A stretch of DNA of 64,000 bases from the NCBI GenBank assembly GCA_035084275.1, contig CM068742.1, positions 103,602,001-103,666,000 of the forward strand. Direction: 5' to 3'. The notes under the pieces are model-generated. The model ran no database searches, was not told the DNA's origin, and saw only the letters and a program-made list of their open reading frames with translations. Shown piece after piece: positions 25,905-39,240 of the stretch (position 1 is the first letter of the stretch; each line of letters opens with the position of its first letter). The DNA comes from Hydrolagus colliei (Eukaryota). The translations under genes and the position numbers were made by a program.

Positions 25905-26549
25905 CATTCTACATATATGAATGACGGTTCATTTGACTAAAGATACTTGACCGGCAAGCTTGATGTCACCTGCATCCAAAAGTAGACTGAGATTCGAACC
26001 TGTGACCTGCTGGGTCTGTAGGGTTTGGTTTCACACCATACAGAGAGCCTTCTAGCCAACTAAGACACGCATTAGTGTACTGTCTACTTTATGTACTGTG
26101 TCCTTTTGTTATAAATCCAATCTAAGAAACACAGTTTTTTGTTTTTTGCTTCCTGATCATAAGCGAGAAATTTCTTTTACCACACATTTTAAGGCTCCGT
26201 GACATAAAGACTCCAATGTACAGCGATACAACGACAGGGGTTGCTAATATCAACTCCAAGTCACAAATACTGATTCCTACTAAGTGAAAATATGTCACTA
26301 TGACCTGACTCCAATCCATCTGATCACCAAATTTTCTGCTGGTTGGTGTGTCGTGCTTCAGTTTACTAAGAGGTTGTGTTATTTGCTACTCCCGTTAGGA
26401 TTTGCTGCATGATAGACCCATTGACATGCAAAAAAAAATCTCCCAACATGTCCTAAATTGCATGTCTGAAAATTGAGCAGTAGTAGCCATACAAACCAGG
26501 GAAACACATAGGCTCCAGACTTGGAATTGCACAAAGGTAAAATAACAAT

Positions 26550-26833
26550 AATAATAATGATAATCATCCTTCATGTATTCTAGATGTTTCAAAGTGCTTC
26601 ATAGAATATACTGTAAAGTGAATTGACTATATGTATTTGTGGGTGAAACGCAGCAGCCAATTGCCCACAGCAATGCCCCACAAACAGACATGGATTGAAA
26701 TAACCAATTTTTTTTTGTAGGTGTTATTATCAGGTGTGTGGAGGAAGGAAATTTGCCCAAGGTTCTTCCTGCCTGAAATTGAACCCAGGTCTCGCACTTG
26801 CAAGGCGAGTGCTCACTGTACTGCAGGACTCCA
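26550..26833 (-). mobile_element. tRNA-derived SINE (short subfamily)
   Basis: Reverse complement of the main SINE, ends ...gcaggactccac. Confidence 0.85.
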
Positions 26834-28524
26834 CAGGACTGCTAAGAATGTTGTAGAGAATGCTGTAGAGGTATCTGAAGTTGGAAATTTATGGAATTTT
26901 TCAACTTTTCTTAACCTATTCCTTGTGTTAAATAGCACAAGGAACATTTAGAGTTCATAGCTAAATTTGTTCCTGACTTTACTCTGATGTTAATTCACTC
27001 TCTGTAAAGTAAGGAACAAATTAGTTATGTTTCTTTATATGTTCTATCTTATTTATCCATTAGATGAGATGTTAAGCCAAGTCCCATCTGACTGTTTAGG
27101 TGCATGTTACGGATCCCATGGTACTAATTGAAAATAGAAGTGGGTTTCTCTCGGTATCCTGACCAAAATCGCCCAAATAAAATTAGTCACTTACTTCATA
27201 GCTGTTAGTGGGAGATAGCTGTGTGCAAACTGTCTGTCGTGTTTCACCCACAAAACACACAGTGTGTACTTGACAATCTATCCTGTGAAGCGATCTGGTA
27301 TGTTTTGACAATAAGTTACTATTACAAATACATGGATTATTATTATTAACAAATGAAATTTTACCCCCAATACAAAAAAGCTGTACTGACAAAGAAATGT
27401 TAGCAAATAACCAAAGAGCTTCAATAGGGCCCTTAAAGAAGGTTTTAATTATTTCTTGCATTTTGCATTTGATAAATTTTATTTTTCTATTGAAACACAC
27501 TGTTCTAATCTCAAGCAGAATTCATCATTGTACGTAAAATCAAACAAAAATTGAGTTGCCAACATAAGCTAAACCCTAAAGAAAGGTTTTCAATAAGTTT
27601 GGAATCCACTTCTTTAAAACTACATTCAGCTTTATGATCAATTCATATTCACATCAACAGGATCGAATTTCCGGTCGATTATTCATAATGCGTTTTGTGT
27701 CATCAATGCTTTGTGAAATGTCGCAAGCTCCTCCAATATTTCTTAAGGTGAATCCTTGATAATCAATCCCATTGGAATGCGCACTGATGAACAGGAAAAT
27801 CTGCTCCGTATATAAATCTTTATGAAGCAGAGCTCCCCACAGATCACTGTGACATACTTGCGGTTACTGGAAGGACTCCCCGGAAGGAGTCTACACAATT
27901 CCTCATCAAAGGAATCCGATTTAAAAAATACCACAAATTAGATCCCATTAGATTTTTAATCACTTTATTGATTTAGTCTCTTGACCTGACCTGTCAGGCT
28001 TGCTTTAGAAGAGTGAAGCCATTGACATGCTAGGTGTAACATATCGCACTCTGTGAAAAGGACAGCTTTCCTCAAACACTGTCGCAATGCTTTTCAGCTT
28101 TAAGTAATAAGTCACTCAAAACGTTACTGTCAAGCACACTAACAAACAGTCTTTAATCAAACAAAAGAGAAACCTTAAACCTACATAAATGAAGTCACAA
28201 TAAAGCTGTCTAGGGCATACGTCGCTCAAGTCTGGAAGTGTGCACTCAAGATGAGTCATTGAAAACTATGCATCTTATTCAAACCTTTGCCTCAAAACTA
28301 AGTGACTGGTCAACCTGCATCTAATACTCTCTAGAATTAGGTAACAAGTGCAGCCCTCCAGGGAGAGTGTGTGCATTCTATTCCAATAAATATCTTGTGG
28401 ATTTCCATGTGAAGGTTGGAAGCATGGAGCTCTCAGTTTGGTTTGAGTACCCCTAAGCCTGGTGATGGGTTTCTGCATGTGCCACACATCCGGCTGACCA
28501 AACAGAATTAGAGCAGGGATCAAG

Positions 28525-28713
28525 GGATCCCACTAAGTTATTATCCCCGGAACAGTGATCTACAAATCAACTAACAACCAGGTTCCTACTTACTGCTAAG
28601 TAAACAGAGGCATGTGGAGTAAGGAAACTTGCCCAATATTTTTCCTTGCTGGAAATCAAACCCAGGTCTCTCGCATGAGGCCAGTACTCTAACCACTAAG
28701 CTACAGGACTCCA
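28525..28713 (-). mobile_element. SINE 5' half (long subfamily)
   Basis: ggttcctacttactgctaagtaaacagaggcatgtggagtaaggaaacttgccc...aaccactaagctacaggactcc. Confidence 0.8.
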
Positions 28714-30464
28714 AATTGTTCAAGTGGAAGGAACCCTGATTACTGAAGGGATATCAATTAAGCTTGTAGCATAAGTTTCAAGAAATGATTAAGAACAATA
28801 CAAGTGAGTTCAAGAAGTAATTCAATAGGATTCTGGAGCAAGAGAGAATGGAATGATTTGGTGAGGTGTGTAGAGGCGATTGCAATAAAAAAAGAGTGGG
28901 TTTGTTGGGCCCAATGCCCTTTTCCTTACCTTAAATAATTTTTTTGTTCCTGTTATCATGGATATAATAATAAATGCAAGTATTATTATCAGATATCTAG
29001 AAATGCCCCCTACTCACAACTCAAGGAGCAACCCATAATATACACATACCCAAACACATGGGCTCTGAGACCAGCAGTGTTGGCTATTGCCAATGGCTTG
29101 TCCCATTTTACACACCTTACTTTTGAAATCCCATTTTTTTAAATTCCAATTTCTTTTAAAAAAACATTACTTAACTTAATTGGGATTCACAGAGTCACCG
29201 ATCTGACTAATCTGTGTAACTGATCTAATCAGGCTGTTTCCCTTTTAAACATTTTAAATGGACCTGTTGGCACTGTTTGGCTGTTTTTATCTGATGTACT
29301 TACTCTCCATCTGCACTGGAAGCTGGCTCTTTTCCTGATTCCTTAATTCCTCACTTTTGTTGCTGGCAAGTATTATGCTGGTCTTGGCCTAGATATTTGC
29401 AAGCGTGCTAAGTGTAGCTGTAGATTTCTTGAACACTAATCCCCTCTCAATCTCTTTCCCCACGCTTCCGTGTCATGTGGTGAAGATTTCAGATTCCCAA
29501 ATCCCACCAGCGTTGTAAACCTTGTTTTCTTAAAGCTCATTTGGGTGCATTTCTTTCATGGGCTATATATATATATCTATATATGAGCAATGTGAAATCT
29601 GAGAGGAGGGATCCTTTCCTATAACTAGAAGTAAGTCATGCCGGAAAATTAGCTTTGAAAATGGGAGTTATGATCCCTTGAGTCATCGTGATGTGCTTCA
29701 GGTTCCCTTAGTAAGGAATCCCTTTAGAAAGGACATTATATACGGTACAATATACATTAGTACAGTGACTTTCACATCCAGAGGAGGTCTCAAAGCACTA
29801 ACTACTGCATGCTGGGGACCAAAGAAGGTGGCGAGAGAAAATATATTGTAAGCATAGACAAAGAGGTACATTTCCAAACCCTCTGTCTCGCCCATCTTCA
29901 GATCACCTTCCTCTTTGACATTGCCTATAGTCAACTCTTCTCACTCCCACTCCATGTCAAGCTATGTTACTGCTAAGCGCTCGTAGACACTACCCCACGT
30001 GAAGGGTGCTATATAAATGCATGTTGTTGTTGCTGATTTTTTCCTTCTTCTTTCATTTCTTCTCTGCCTTTCTTTTCTTCCCTGTTTCTTCTCACCCAGG
30101 AAAAATACTATCTGTGTATGGTTTGCTGGTTAATGTAATTGTTTCTGTTTTCAATGTTTGCTTTTAGTCAGAATAATCGGTCTCACCACAATAACTAATT
30201 TCAGATCCAGTGCCACTCTTTCTATAATGTACTGTATTTGCAGTGTCATTCTTGCTTTGATGTCAGTCGCTGTTGATGATTGACTCTTGGGGTATAATGT
30301 TTCTTCTCTTTTCCTCCATTCAGAGTACGGCTGTTTGTTGCTCTATCTTCTACCAACTCATGACAACTCCCTTCCTAGCGTTATGTTGACTCTGATATCA
30401 GGTTATTATTATTACCTGGTGGAGGTGCTTTAAGTCAGCAGTAACTCAGTGGTATCCTAACCGC

Positions 30465-31762
30465 CTGTGACCAGGGCTCCCTCTGCCTCCTCGTCCTCCT
30501 TGACCTGTCTGCTGCGTTCGACACAGTCGATCACACCATCCTCCTCCAACGTCTTTCCTCCCACCTCAACCTTCAAGGCACAGTCCTTGACTGGTTCCAT
30601 TCCTACCTGACCCACCGCCTACACTTTGTATCTTCCAACGGTTTCTCCTCAAACCCCCGCACAGTTTCTCACGGCGTCCCTCAGGGCTCTGTCCTCGGCC
30701 CCCTCCTTTTCACCATTTATACGCTCCCTCTGGGCGATGTCATCCGCAAACACGGGGTAAATTTCCACATGTATGCGGACGACACCCATTTGTACCTTTC
30801 TGCCTCATCCCTCAACCCCCAGACTATCGATGTTCTGACAGCATGTCTGTCCGACATTGAGTCCTGGACGAGGGACAACTTCCTCCGATCAGGAGGACCG
30901 AGGCCCTCATGATCGGCTCAAGCCAGCGCCTCCGCACATCGGGTGCTGCCAGCCTCAACATCCAAGGCTGCACTCTCCACCTCACAAAGCCAATCAGGAA
31001 CCTCGGCATCACGTTCGACCAAAAACTCTCCTTCCTCCCCCACATCCGTGCCTTGACCGGCACCGCTTACTTCCACCTGCGCAACATTGCCAAGCTCCGC
31101 AATTATCTTACCCACCACGCTGCCGAAACACTTGTGCACGCGTACATCACCTGAAGGCTGGACTACGGAAACTCTCTCCTTGTCAGCCTCCCCAGTTCCT
31201 CCATTCACAGGCTGCAGGTCATCCAAAACTCTGCAGCCCGTGTACTATCCCGCACCCGCCTCCGCGACCACATAACCCCCACCCTCGCCCATCTCCACTG
31301 GCTCCCCATCCTCCAGAGGATCGAGTTCAAGATCCTCGTCCTCACCTTCAAGGCCTTACATGGCCTTGCCCTGCCCTATTTAACCAATTTACTCTCCCCC
31401 TACAAGCCCACCCGGACCCTCGTTCAGCAGGACTTGGCCTGCTTCAAGCCCCCCGCCTGAACTGCCCCACCATCGGAGGACGGGCCTTCAGTTTTTCTGC
31501 TCTGACCCTATGGAATTCCATCCCCCAGTCCCTCCGTCTCGTTTCTTCCCTTTCCTCTTTCAAGGCCGGTTTGAAGACTTTCCTCTTCGACCGTGCCTTT
31601 TGTTCCACCCCGAATTCTTTGACCTCCCCTATTTGTTTCACCCCTTCCCGTACACCCCCCTCCCAGCTCGGGTCACACGCCTCGTGTGCAGCGCCTTGGG
31701 ACGTCCTCCCGACGTGAAAGGCACTTTATAAGTGTAATTTGTTGTTGTTGTTGTTGTTGTTG
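30465..31762 (+). mobile_element. L2 LINE family B, 5'-truncated RT/3' end
   Basis: In-frame pieces LVLLDLSAAFDTVDH, GVPQGSVLGPLLF, HMYADDTHLY, IRNLGITFDQ, AETLVHAYIT, TIGGRAFSF..TLWNSIP...FKAGLKTFLF; (GTT)n tail. Confidence 0.95.
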
Positions 31763-31764
31763 GT

Positions 31765-32172
31765 AGCACTGAGATAAGGGATAAAACTGACATAAGGCTA
31801 AAACTTGCCTCTGAGTAAGAGGTTGTGAATTCAAACCCCACGTTGGGGACTTGACACTCCAATAAGTGCCTGGGATTGTGTTGCATTGTCTCAGGTGATC
31901 GTTTAGTTTTCATGCTAAATTGAAGTCCCATCTGCCTGTTCAGGTGGATGTTAAATATCCCATAACACTATTCGAAATGAGAAGCAAATTTCTCCCGGTG
32001 TCCTGACCAACAATCCCCCAAATAAAATTGGTCAGTCACTCCATGGCTGTTTGTGGGACACTGCTGTGCACAATCAGGCTATTGTGTTCAACCACAAATA
32101 CATAGCACCATGAAATGCTTTGGGACATTGTCCAGAACATGAAAGACACTCTACCAAATGAAAGGATTATAA
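31765..32172 (+). mobile_element. Old Deu-domain SINE
   Basis: ttgcctctgagtaagaggttgtgaattcaaacccc...ctgcctgttcaggtggatgttaaatatccc...ggctgtttgtgggacactgctgtg. Confidence 0.8.
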
Positions 32173-34337
32173 TATTCATCAAACACATTATAGTTGGGAC
32201 TGTTGGTACTAAATGTTGTTACCTCCGAGGCCAGGATCAGTTGCTGCACCTTTTCATGTTGTGGATGCTAATGTGCCATTTGTTTGTTATTGCTCGGTGA
32301 ACAAAATGCCTTGAGCCAAACAGGAACAACTCCTGTCTAAAATGAACTGTAAAGGCAATTCTGAAACCACTTGCAATTGCCCATTCACCTCCACCGGATT
32401 TAATTATGAATAACAAGCCTCTATTTACTTTGGTTATTGGCGCTGAAGATTGTACTGATGACTAAGTGCTGTATTTGACTGGCCACTCACAACCCAATAC
32501 AGTATCAAACTCCAGCAACTTTTGTTCCTTCTTGGACTTTCACCCACAAATACAGTCTACACTTAGAGCATTATTAACCTGTAAATTATTATGAGACAAG
32601 ATTTTCACGTGATAAGACCAGATAAAAAAGCATGTTCTTTCTTTTCCAAGGAAAAAAGAGAGAGATGTCAGGAAAATAAATGTACCGTTTCAGCTTCAAA
32701 AGTGAATCAAGCTTGTATCTTATGGATTTGGAGACAACAGGAATCAACAGCAACAACAAAAAATAAAATGACACATGTATAGCGCCCTACACATCAGGAG
32801 GATGTCCCAAGGCGCTGGTCAGTCAATGATTTAGACCCAAACTGGGGTCGGGATCGGGGAGGGTGGAGGGAAAGGAGGGGATTGGGGTGAATCCTCTTCA
32901 GCTTACATGCCCGTCTGGACTGATTAAAATCCTCAGCTTGCAAATCTGTGTGTGTGTCACCCACAAAATGCACAGTAAATTCACTGTACAATAGATTCTG
33001 TGAAGTGTTTTGAGATGCCTCAACACCGTGATAGCTTTATCAAATGCAAGGGTTATTATTATATGCATACATACAGTTTTTATCACCTTATTTTCTAGGT
33101 AGCCTTGGGACGTCCTCCCGATGTGAAAGGCACTCTATAAATATAATTTTGTAGTTGTATTTTGTTGTTGTAGCCTCTGACTTGTAGACATGAGTCCAAG
33201 GTCAACAGTTGTAGCATTCAATGGCACAGTTTAGCTGCAGGTTCAACTAAATTAATTTACCTGCAGGTTTCTTTAGTAGTTACCCAACAGAATCTTAGAT
33301 ATATTATGTTAGATTTCCATATCAGAACACATAGACTGTAACAAGCGAAGAACGTGCTACTTTATATCATTATCATGCACTTGTAAAGTCTACAGCTGAA
33401 GATAGGGAGCAAATAAAATCTAATCACTAAACAGAGGGATCAAATTTGTGCCTCTGTGACACCAGATTAAATATTTGAGTCCACTAGTCTGCGCAAGTGG
33501 TTTTGGACCTCCAATCTTAGTTTTTTACATCTAGTTAGTGGGAGATCAGAATATTAGAATCCCATCCATCACACTGAAGTGTTTGTGTGTGTGGGCTGGG
33601 TGTTAGAAGCTTGTTCATATCCGTAACCAGTCAATAATTATAGCCTGGAAACGTAGTGTTTCCTTTTTATAAAAGCGGTTTCCTTTGTCCTTTATTCACA
33701 TTCTTACGCATCTCAAACTCTTTCCTCTTATCATTGTCGTTGTCGAAAGCCTCTTTGTTCCCACACTATCACAAACTTACTTCATGGTATTTACCTACCA
33801 GTCACGTCTGTTTGCTCAACAGCAGGAATTCTTTACATTTAGTGTTTCAATTGAGTGCTTTGTTTGTTGGTGATAAGCTTCAATACTGCACATCAGTGTA
33901 AATCGGTGACAGAGAGACATTTGAGTGTTTCGTCATTAACTGAACTATGACTCACTTGCTGGTATTGTCAGTTGTCCCACTCACCTACAAAATACACAAT
34001 CACTAATATCCTGCAAATCATCTGAGATATGAAAGATCAAATGTAAGGAATATTCATATTATTTATTTTCTTTAGTTTTTAATGGTGTCTGTCTTAACAT
34101 AGAAATTAGGAAATCAGATGTTTAGATTTCTATGCAACTTGAATGCTTTCTTTGAAAAACAGTACTCTCAATGGCAAGCTATACAGTTTTATCTGGTTAG
34201 GCATCAGCAGTACTCCAATATACATTCTGGGGATCCTTCAGCCTTGACTCTTGCCAACCTGTGCCTAACATCTAGAGGATTAGATGAGCAAGATGCACCC
34301 TACAGGTAAAGAGTTCCCATTCCATTCAAACAATCTA

Positions 34338-34450
34338 GAGTTCTGACAAAGGGTCATAGACCCGAAACGTTGACTCGCTATCCTTTCTCTATGGATGCTG
34401 CTTGACCTGCTGAGTTTCCCCAGCAACTTCTGTTTTTGTTTCTGGAATTT
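34338..34450 (+). mobile_element. Penelope-like terminal-repeat fragment with degenerate hammerhead
   Basis: gagttctgacaaagggtcatagacccgaaacgttgactc...gatgctgcttgacctgctgagtttccccagc. Confidence 0.75.
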
Positions 34451-35599
34451 TCATGTCTGGGTGGAATACATGGTAATGAGTTTCTGTATGTGTCAGACAC
34501 GTGGCTGACCAAAAAAAAGAATAATCCTAGAGAAACAGTAGGATGTAGGTGAATACAGATCCAGAGTTCCATTTGTCAGGTATTCCAGGATCTTTCTGCT
34601 TCACATCCTCTCTCAGAGAGAGAGAAAAGAGAGGGAGCACAGAAAGATGGGAATGAAATAGCCACATACACACACACACACACACCCCATCCACCCCATT
34701 TACTAGCACCACATTTTGTGAGGAAATACAGGACATTAGCCTGATTTCCTTTCAGTGTTAGATTTATTCTGATTAAACAGTATCAATGGGTTCAAATTAG
34801 CAAAGTTTCTCAAAGTGTTGATCTGATTACATGGAATTACATGGAATCCACAACACAAAACAAGCCTTGCAGCCCAACCAGTCCATACTGGTATTTATAC
34901 ACTGCTTGGACCTTCGCTCCTCCTAATTCCCTCTGCTTAGCTTTTCTTCCCCCATGTCCCCCCATTCCCTACTTCCCGAATATATGCACCTGCATTAAGA
35001 CATAACTTTCAAGTTCACCATCAGTCACATTCTCCCTCCATTTTAACCCTCCTCCTTCCCCTCTCCGCCGGGGTTCCCAATCAGGTGTGAAGCCCTTTGA
35101 GACATAAATAATCAATAATAATAATAACTTGGTCACTCATTCAATGACTATGGTATGGGACACTGTTGTGCACAAATGGCTGAAGCGTTTTACCGCAAAA
35201 TATACAGTCAAATTAACTTAAAGAGTATATTCTGTAAAGTGCTTTGTGATGTTCTGAATGTGTGATAAAGGTGATATATCAAATGCAAGAATTATTATTA
35301 GTATTATTATCTTCCCAATGTGAAAGGTTCAACTTACATGCTAATTATTGCTGAATTTCCTCTTAAATTGTACAGGACATAATATATTGCAAATTGACAA
35401 TTTTGGATTAGTATCACAACACAATACACAAATACCCTTATACCATTTCTTCCACTCAGAAAGATATTACACTTACTTAGTGCTCTCAAGAATCTTCACC
35501 AACACTGGGATGATATGCTCACTTTCCAACAGACTTCTTATCAGTGTAATTCCTACAGTTTTCAGGCAAAGTCCCCTTTTCTCGCCTCTTCCCTTGCTT

Positions 35600-36172
35600 T
35601 AGAATTCAAGATCCTCGTCCTCTCGTGCACTCCACCTACCTCTCCGACCTGCTGTACCCCTTTGAATCTCCCTGCCCCCTCCATTCAGCAGGTTCTGCCC
35701 TGCTCCATGTCCCCCACCCGACCCGCCCTACAATTGGCAGACGGGCTCGAATTCAAGATCATTCAAGATTCACCTTCAAGGCCATTCAGGGCCTTGCCCC
35801 CGCCTATCTCTCTGACCTGCTGTCTCCCTATCAGCCTGCCCGCCCCCTATGTTCAGCAGATTCAGGCCTGCTCTGCGTCCACCGCCCTAACTGCCCAAAC
35901 ATTGGCTGCCGGGCTTTCAGACTCTCTGCTCCTACAGTGTGGAACTCCATCCCGCTGCTCCTCTGCCTTGCCTTCTCTCTTTCCTCCTTGAAGGCCAGTC
36001 TCAAGACCTTCCTCTTCGACTACGCCTTCAGCTCCCCCACTAACTCATCCCCCTCTCCTTCCCCCTACCCCGACCCACCCCCCAGTTTGGGTCCCGACCT
36101 GACTGTTCAGTACTTTGGGATGTCCTCCCGACGTGAAAGGCGGTTTATAAGCACAATTTTGTTGTTGTTGTT
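35600..36172 (+). mobile_element. L2 LINE 3' fragments (two nested/tandem pieces)
   Basis: gaattcaagatc occurs twice (35602, 35750); IG.RAF...VWNSIP...LKASLKTFLF; (TTG)n tail. Confidence 0.85.
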
Positions 36173-36174
36173 TC

Positions 36175-36520
36175 AGCCTCTCTGCCCCCACATTCTGGAA
36201 AATCCATCCCACAGTCCATTCTCCTCACTCCTTCCCTCGCCTCCCTCAACCCAGGTAGCAAGCCCATATGGGCCCCATATGGGACAAATTGGGTTGATCC
36301 ATGACCATAGGAGCCCCACATGGGCTTGCTACATGGGAAGGCTGCTCTCAAGACTCTCCTCTACTGCCTTGCCAACTCTCTCCCTCCCCTCCTAACTCTC
36401 TCCTGCCCCTCCCCCCTGCCCTGCCCCTCTGCCTTGCTTGGGTCCCATCCTGACTGTTCAGCACCTTGGGATGTCCTCCCGACATAAAGGGATCTAGACA
36501 AATACAATTTGCTGTTGTTT
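36175..36520 (+). mobile_element. L2 3' fragment interrupted by a MITE
   Basis: ctggaaaatccatccc...ctccctcaa[insert]aaggctgctctcaagact...caccttgggatgtcctcccgac. Confidence 0.75.
36250..36337. mobile_element. 88-bp CMC/EnSpm-like MITE
   Basis: TIRs CCCAGGTAGCAAGCCCATATGGG and CCCACATGGGCTTGCTACATGGG (2 mismatches in 23), AA target-site duplication. Confidence 0.8.
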
Positions 36521-37264
36521 TCAAGGGGGAAGCTATTTTGAGATTGTTTGCTGTAATGTTTGCCCCCTCCCCCCCACCCACTCACCCAGATATTGCTTGC
36601 CATTTGCTCACATCTTCATTTATTGAATGAGTAGAAAGAAGATCTCAAGCCTTGGTCAATCACATATTTCCCATTGGATACTCCTTGGTTTTAATTGGTG
36701 CAATCCACTCAGAATTAGAAAGTGGGAATACTTTTGAGTTTCTCAGTTGAAGTTTAATGGTTTTCGGGAGTTAATTTTTAATTGAGTCAAAGGAACTTTT
36801 AATCCATGGGAAATGTCTCATCAACGTGGAATAATATTCTGATGTGGAATTCTAGCTGCCCCCTCTACTCCAGCTCACTTCTGGTTCTTTGCACTGAGTA
36901 ACAAATAGCGAAGCTCCTCTCAGGATCCCAAATACTTTCTAGTTGACTGTTTAAAAGGATTTCAAATATTCTAAACGTCTCCCACATTCCTACTGGCACA
37001 AGACCATAATCTGATCGATCAATGTTGAATGGAAGCAGCTACAATATTGGAGCCTTGTTTGAAAAATGCAGTGCCTCACGATCACACACTTGCACGGCTG
37101 GGAGATGGATTGATTAAGCATGTCATCCCTGCCGCTGATCACTCTGATGCTTCACAGTGAAGCCCAGAAAACTGCAGGATGCCTGGGAGATGTCATTAAC
37201 AATGGGAGACAGTGTGCTGCTGCTCTCCGCAGGTCGACGCTCAGCAACACAGATGGAGATGATT

Positions 37265-37587
37265 GTGGAGTTCTGTAGCTCAGTGGTTAGAGCACTTTCC
37301 TTACAAGTATGAGACTTGTATTTCGAATCCAGGCAGGTCAGGGTGAAGTTTCCTTACTCCACTCGCCTAATAATAATCCATCAAAAGAAAACTATAATAA
37401 ATTGGTCATTCCAATCCACGACTGTTTGTGGGTCACTGCTGTGCGCAATTGGCTGACCCGTTTTGCCCACAAATACAGTCAATTAACTTTACAGTATACT
37501 CTGTGAAGCGCTTTGAGACGTATAGAAGATTGAAAAGCGCCGTATAAAATGCAAGGACTATTATTACTCTTATTATCATTATTATTG
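37265..37587 (+). mobile_element. tRNA-derived SINE (short subfamily)
   Basis: Close copy of 850-1170. Confidence 0.9.
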
Positions 37588-38619
37588 TAGAGGCCTTTTG
37601 GCTTGGAGGGCACAGATCGCATATCCGCAATCACAATGTCTGCTCTGAAGATTGTGTATGAGACTGAAATAATTCTGCTCAGTGTTTTGCACATCACCTT
37701 TGGCAATATTGTGTCAGCCTGGTTCAGAGGTAGCAGGTCAAAACGTCATAGACTTTCCTCTAAGCTGTGGTCGCAGTGATTGTCAGAGGTGTCGTCCTTC
37801 AGATGAAATCTTCAATCTTCAAGATTGAACAGAGCCATCAGTGAAATAACTTTAACCAAAGTAGGTGGCAGCTTCACCTGCCACTGTGCACTACAGAGAA
37901 ACAATTGGAGCCAATTCTGAGGCACCGCAGCTTCCATAATAACTAAAGCACAAGGAACTACTCGTTTCTTGAGTACATACATTCTTAACAGAAGAAGGGA
38001 AAATAAGGAATTAAGTGCCAGCTGAATGTTGCTGTAAATCTAAACTAAAAGCATTAATCAACGCATGACTGATCCTACAGAGAATTATAACACACCATCT
38101 CCTAGCAACACATAGTTATTGGGTTACCAGCTAAAACTGGTAGATGAGGCTAAGCTAGTAGAGTAATGTTTCTCTGTTGTTAGTATTTAGTGTCCAAATC
38201 AGCAGACATTTCTCTCTCGTAAGAAATAGAAGCTGAAATGGGATTGAGCGATGAGAGTTTAGAAATCTTAAGGGTGAACAAATGCCTCACACTGGATCAA
38301 TAGAGAAAAGGCCTCAAGAACTTAGTTCAGAGGAGGGCAGCTCACAATCCAAATGTGCATAGCTTTGCTTCTCACCTACATCACTGTCATGTTTCAAACT
38401 ATCCAAATAGCAAGAAGTAGATGCTGATATCCTGTAGAGATTGTGTAATATTCAAGATGAATTTGTAGCTTTCGTTGCAAAATATTAAAATGGGGATCCA
38501 AAAACGAAGGTCCAATTTCTGATATCTCTTAATAGGATTCCTAAATAAAGATTTCTGTTAGGAATCTTCATCTACACAAGGGAACATTGCTCTAGAAGCA
38601 GGTTGTGGTGGTGAGGGGA

Positions 38620-39240
38620 CAATGGTAACACTCTCACTTCTGAGTCAAAAATATGTGGTTTCAAGCCCCACAACAGGGTTTCCTCTGGCTTGGGGGTGCG
38701 CTGCATTATCAGAGGTGCCGTCCTTCAGACAAGATGATAAACCAAGGTCTGCCTACGCAGGTGGACATTAACAATCTTGGGCCACTATTGGAAAAGAGAC
38801 AAGTGTTTCTCCTGGTATCCATGCCACCCCCCCACTCCCCACCCCCCTCCCCCCCACTCCCCACCCCCCTCCCCCCCCCACCCCCCTCCCCCCCCAGATA
38901 GCACCTTCAAATCCCACCTGAAGACCTTCCTTTTTTATCGTTGTTACAGTTACCTCCCTCCCTCTCCTCCTGGCTCATTGTCAGACTCCGCCACTGTGAA
39001 GTGCTCCAGGACATGAAGGGCACTATGTAAATGCAAGTTATTATTGTTGTTATCCTGGCCAATAATCCCCCAAATAAAATTGGTTATTCACTTCATGGCG
39101 GTTTGTGGGACAGTGCTATGTGTAAGCTGGCTTCTGTGCTAGCCTACAAAATACAGTCACTGCACTATAGACTAAATTCTCTGAAGCGCTTTGAGACATC
39201 CTCCCGGTGTGAAACCTGTAATAACAGATGTAACAGCTAT
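38620..39240 (+). mobile_element. Old Deu-domain SINE interrupted by a C-rich tract and an L2 tail
   Basis: ctctcacttctgagtcaaaa...tttcaagcccc...gaggtgccgtccttcaga; C-rich 38825-38895; L2 tail 38900-39050; SINE 3' part resumes at about 39052. Confidence 0.65.

Noticed and set aside
27655-27865. ~69-codon stop-to-stop minus frame (PQVCHSDLWGALL...) and the overlapping 63-aa ORF
   Set aside because: No splice signals or protein similarity recognised; length is compatible with chance.
30857-31717. 286-aa ORF (and 256-aa ORF at 35625, 212-aa at 9703, 183-aa at 47468)
   Set aside because: Off-frame or chimeric readings of C-rich L2 fragments, not host genes.
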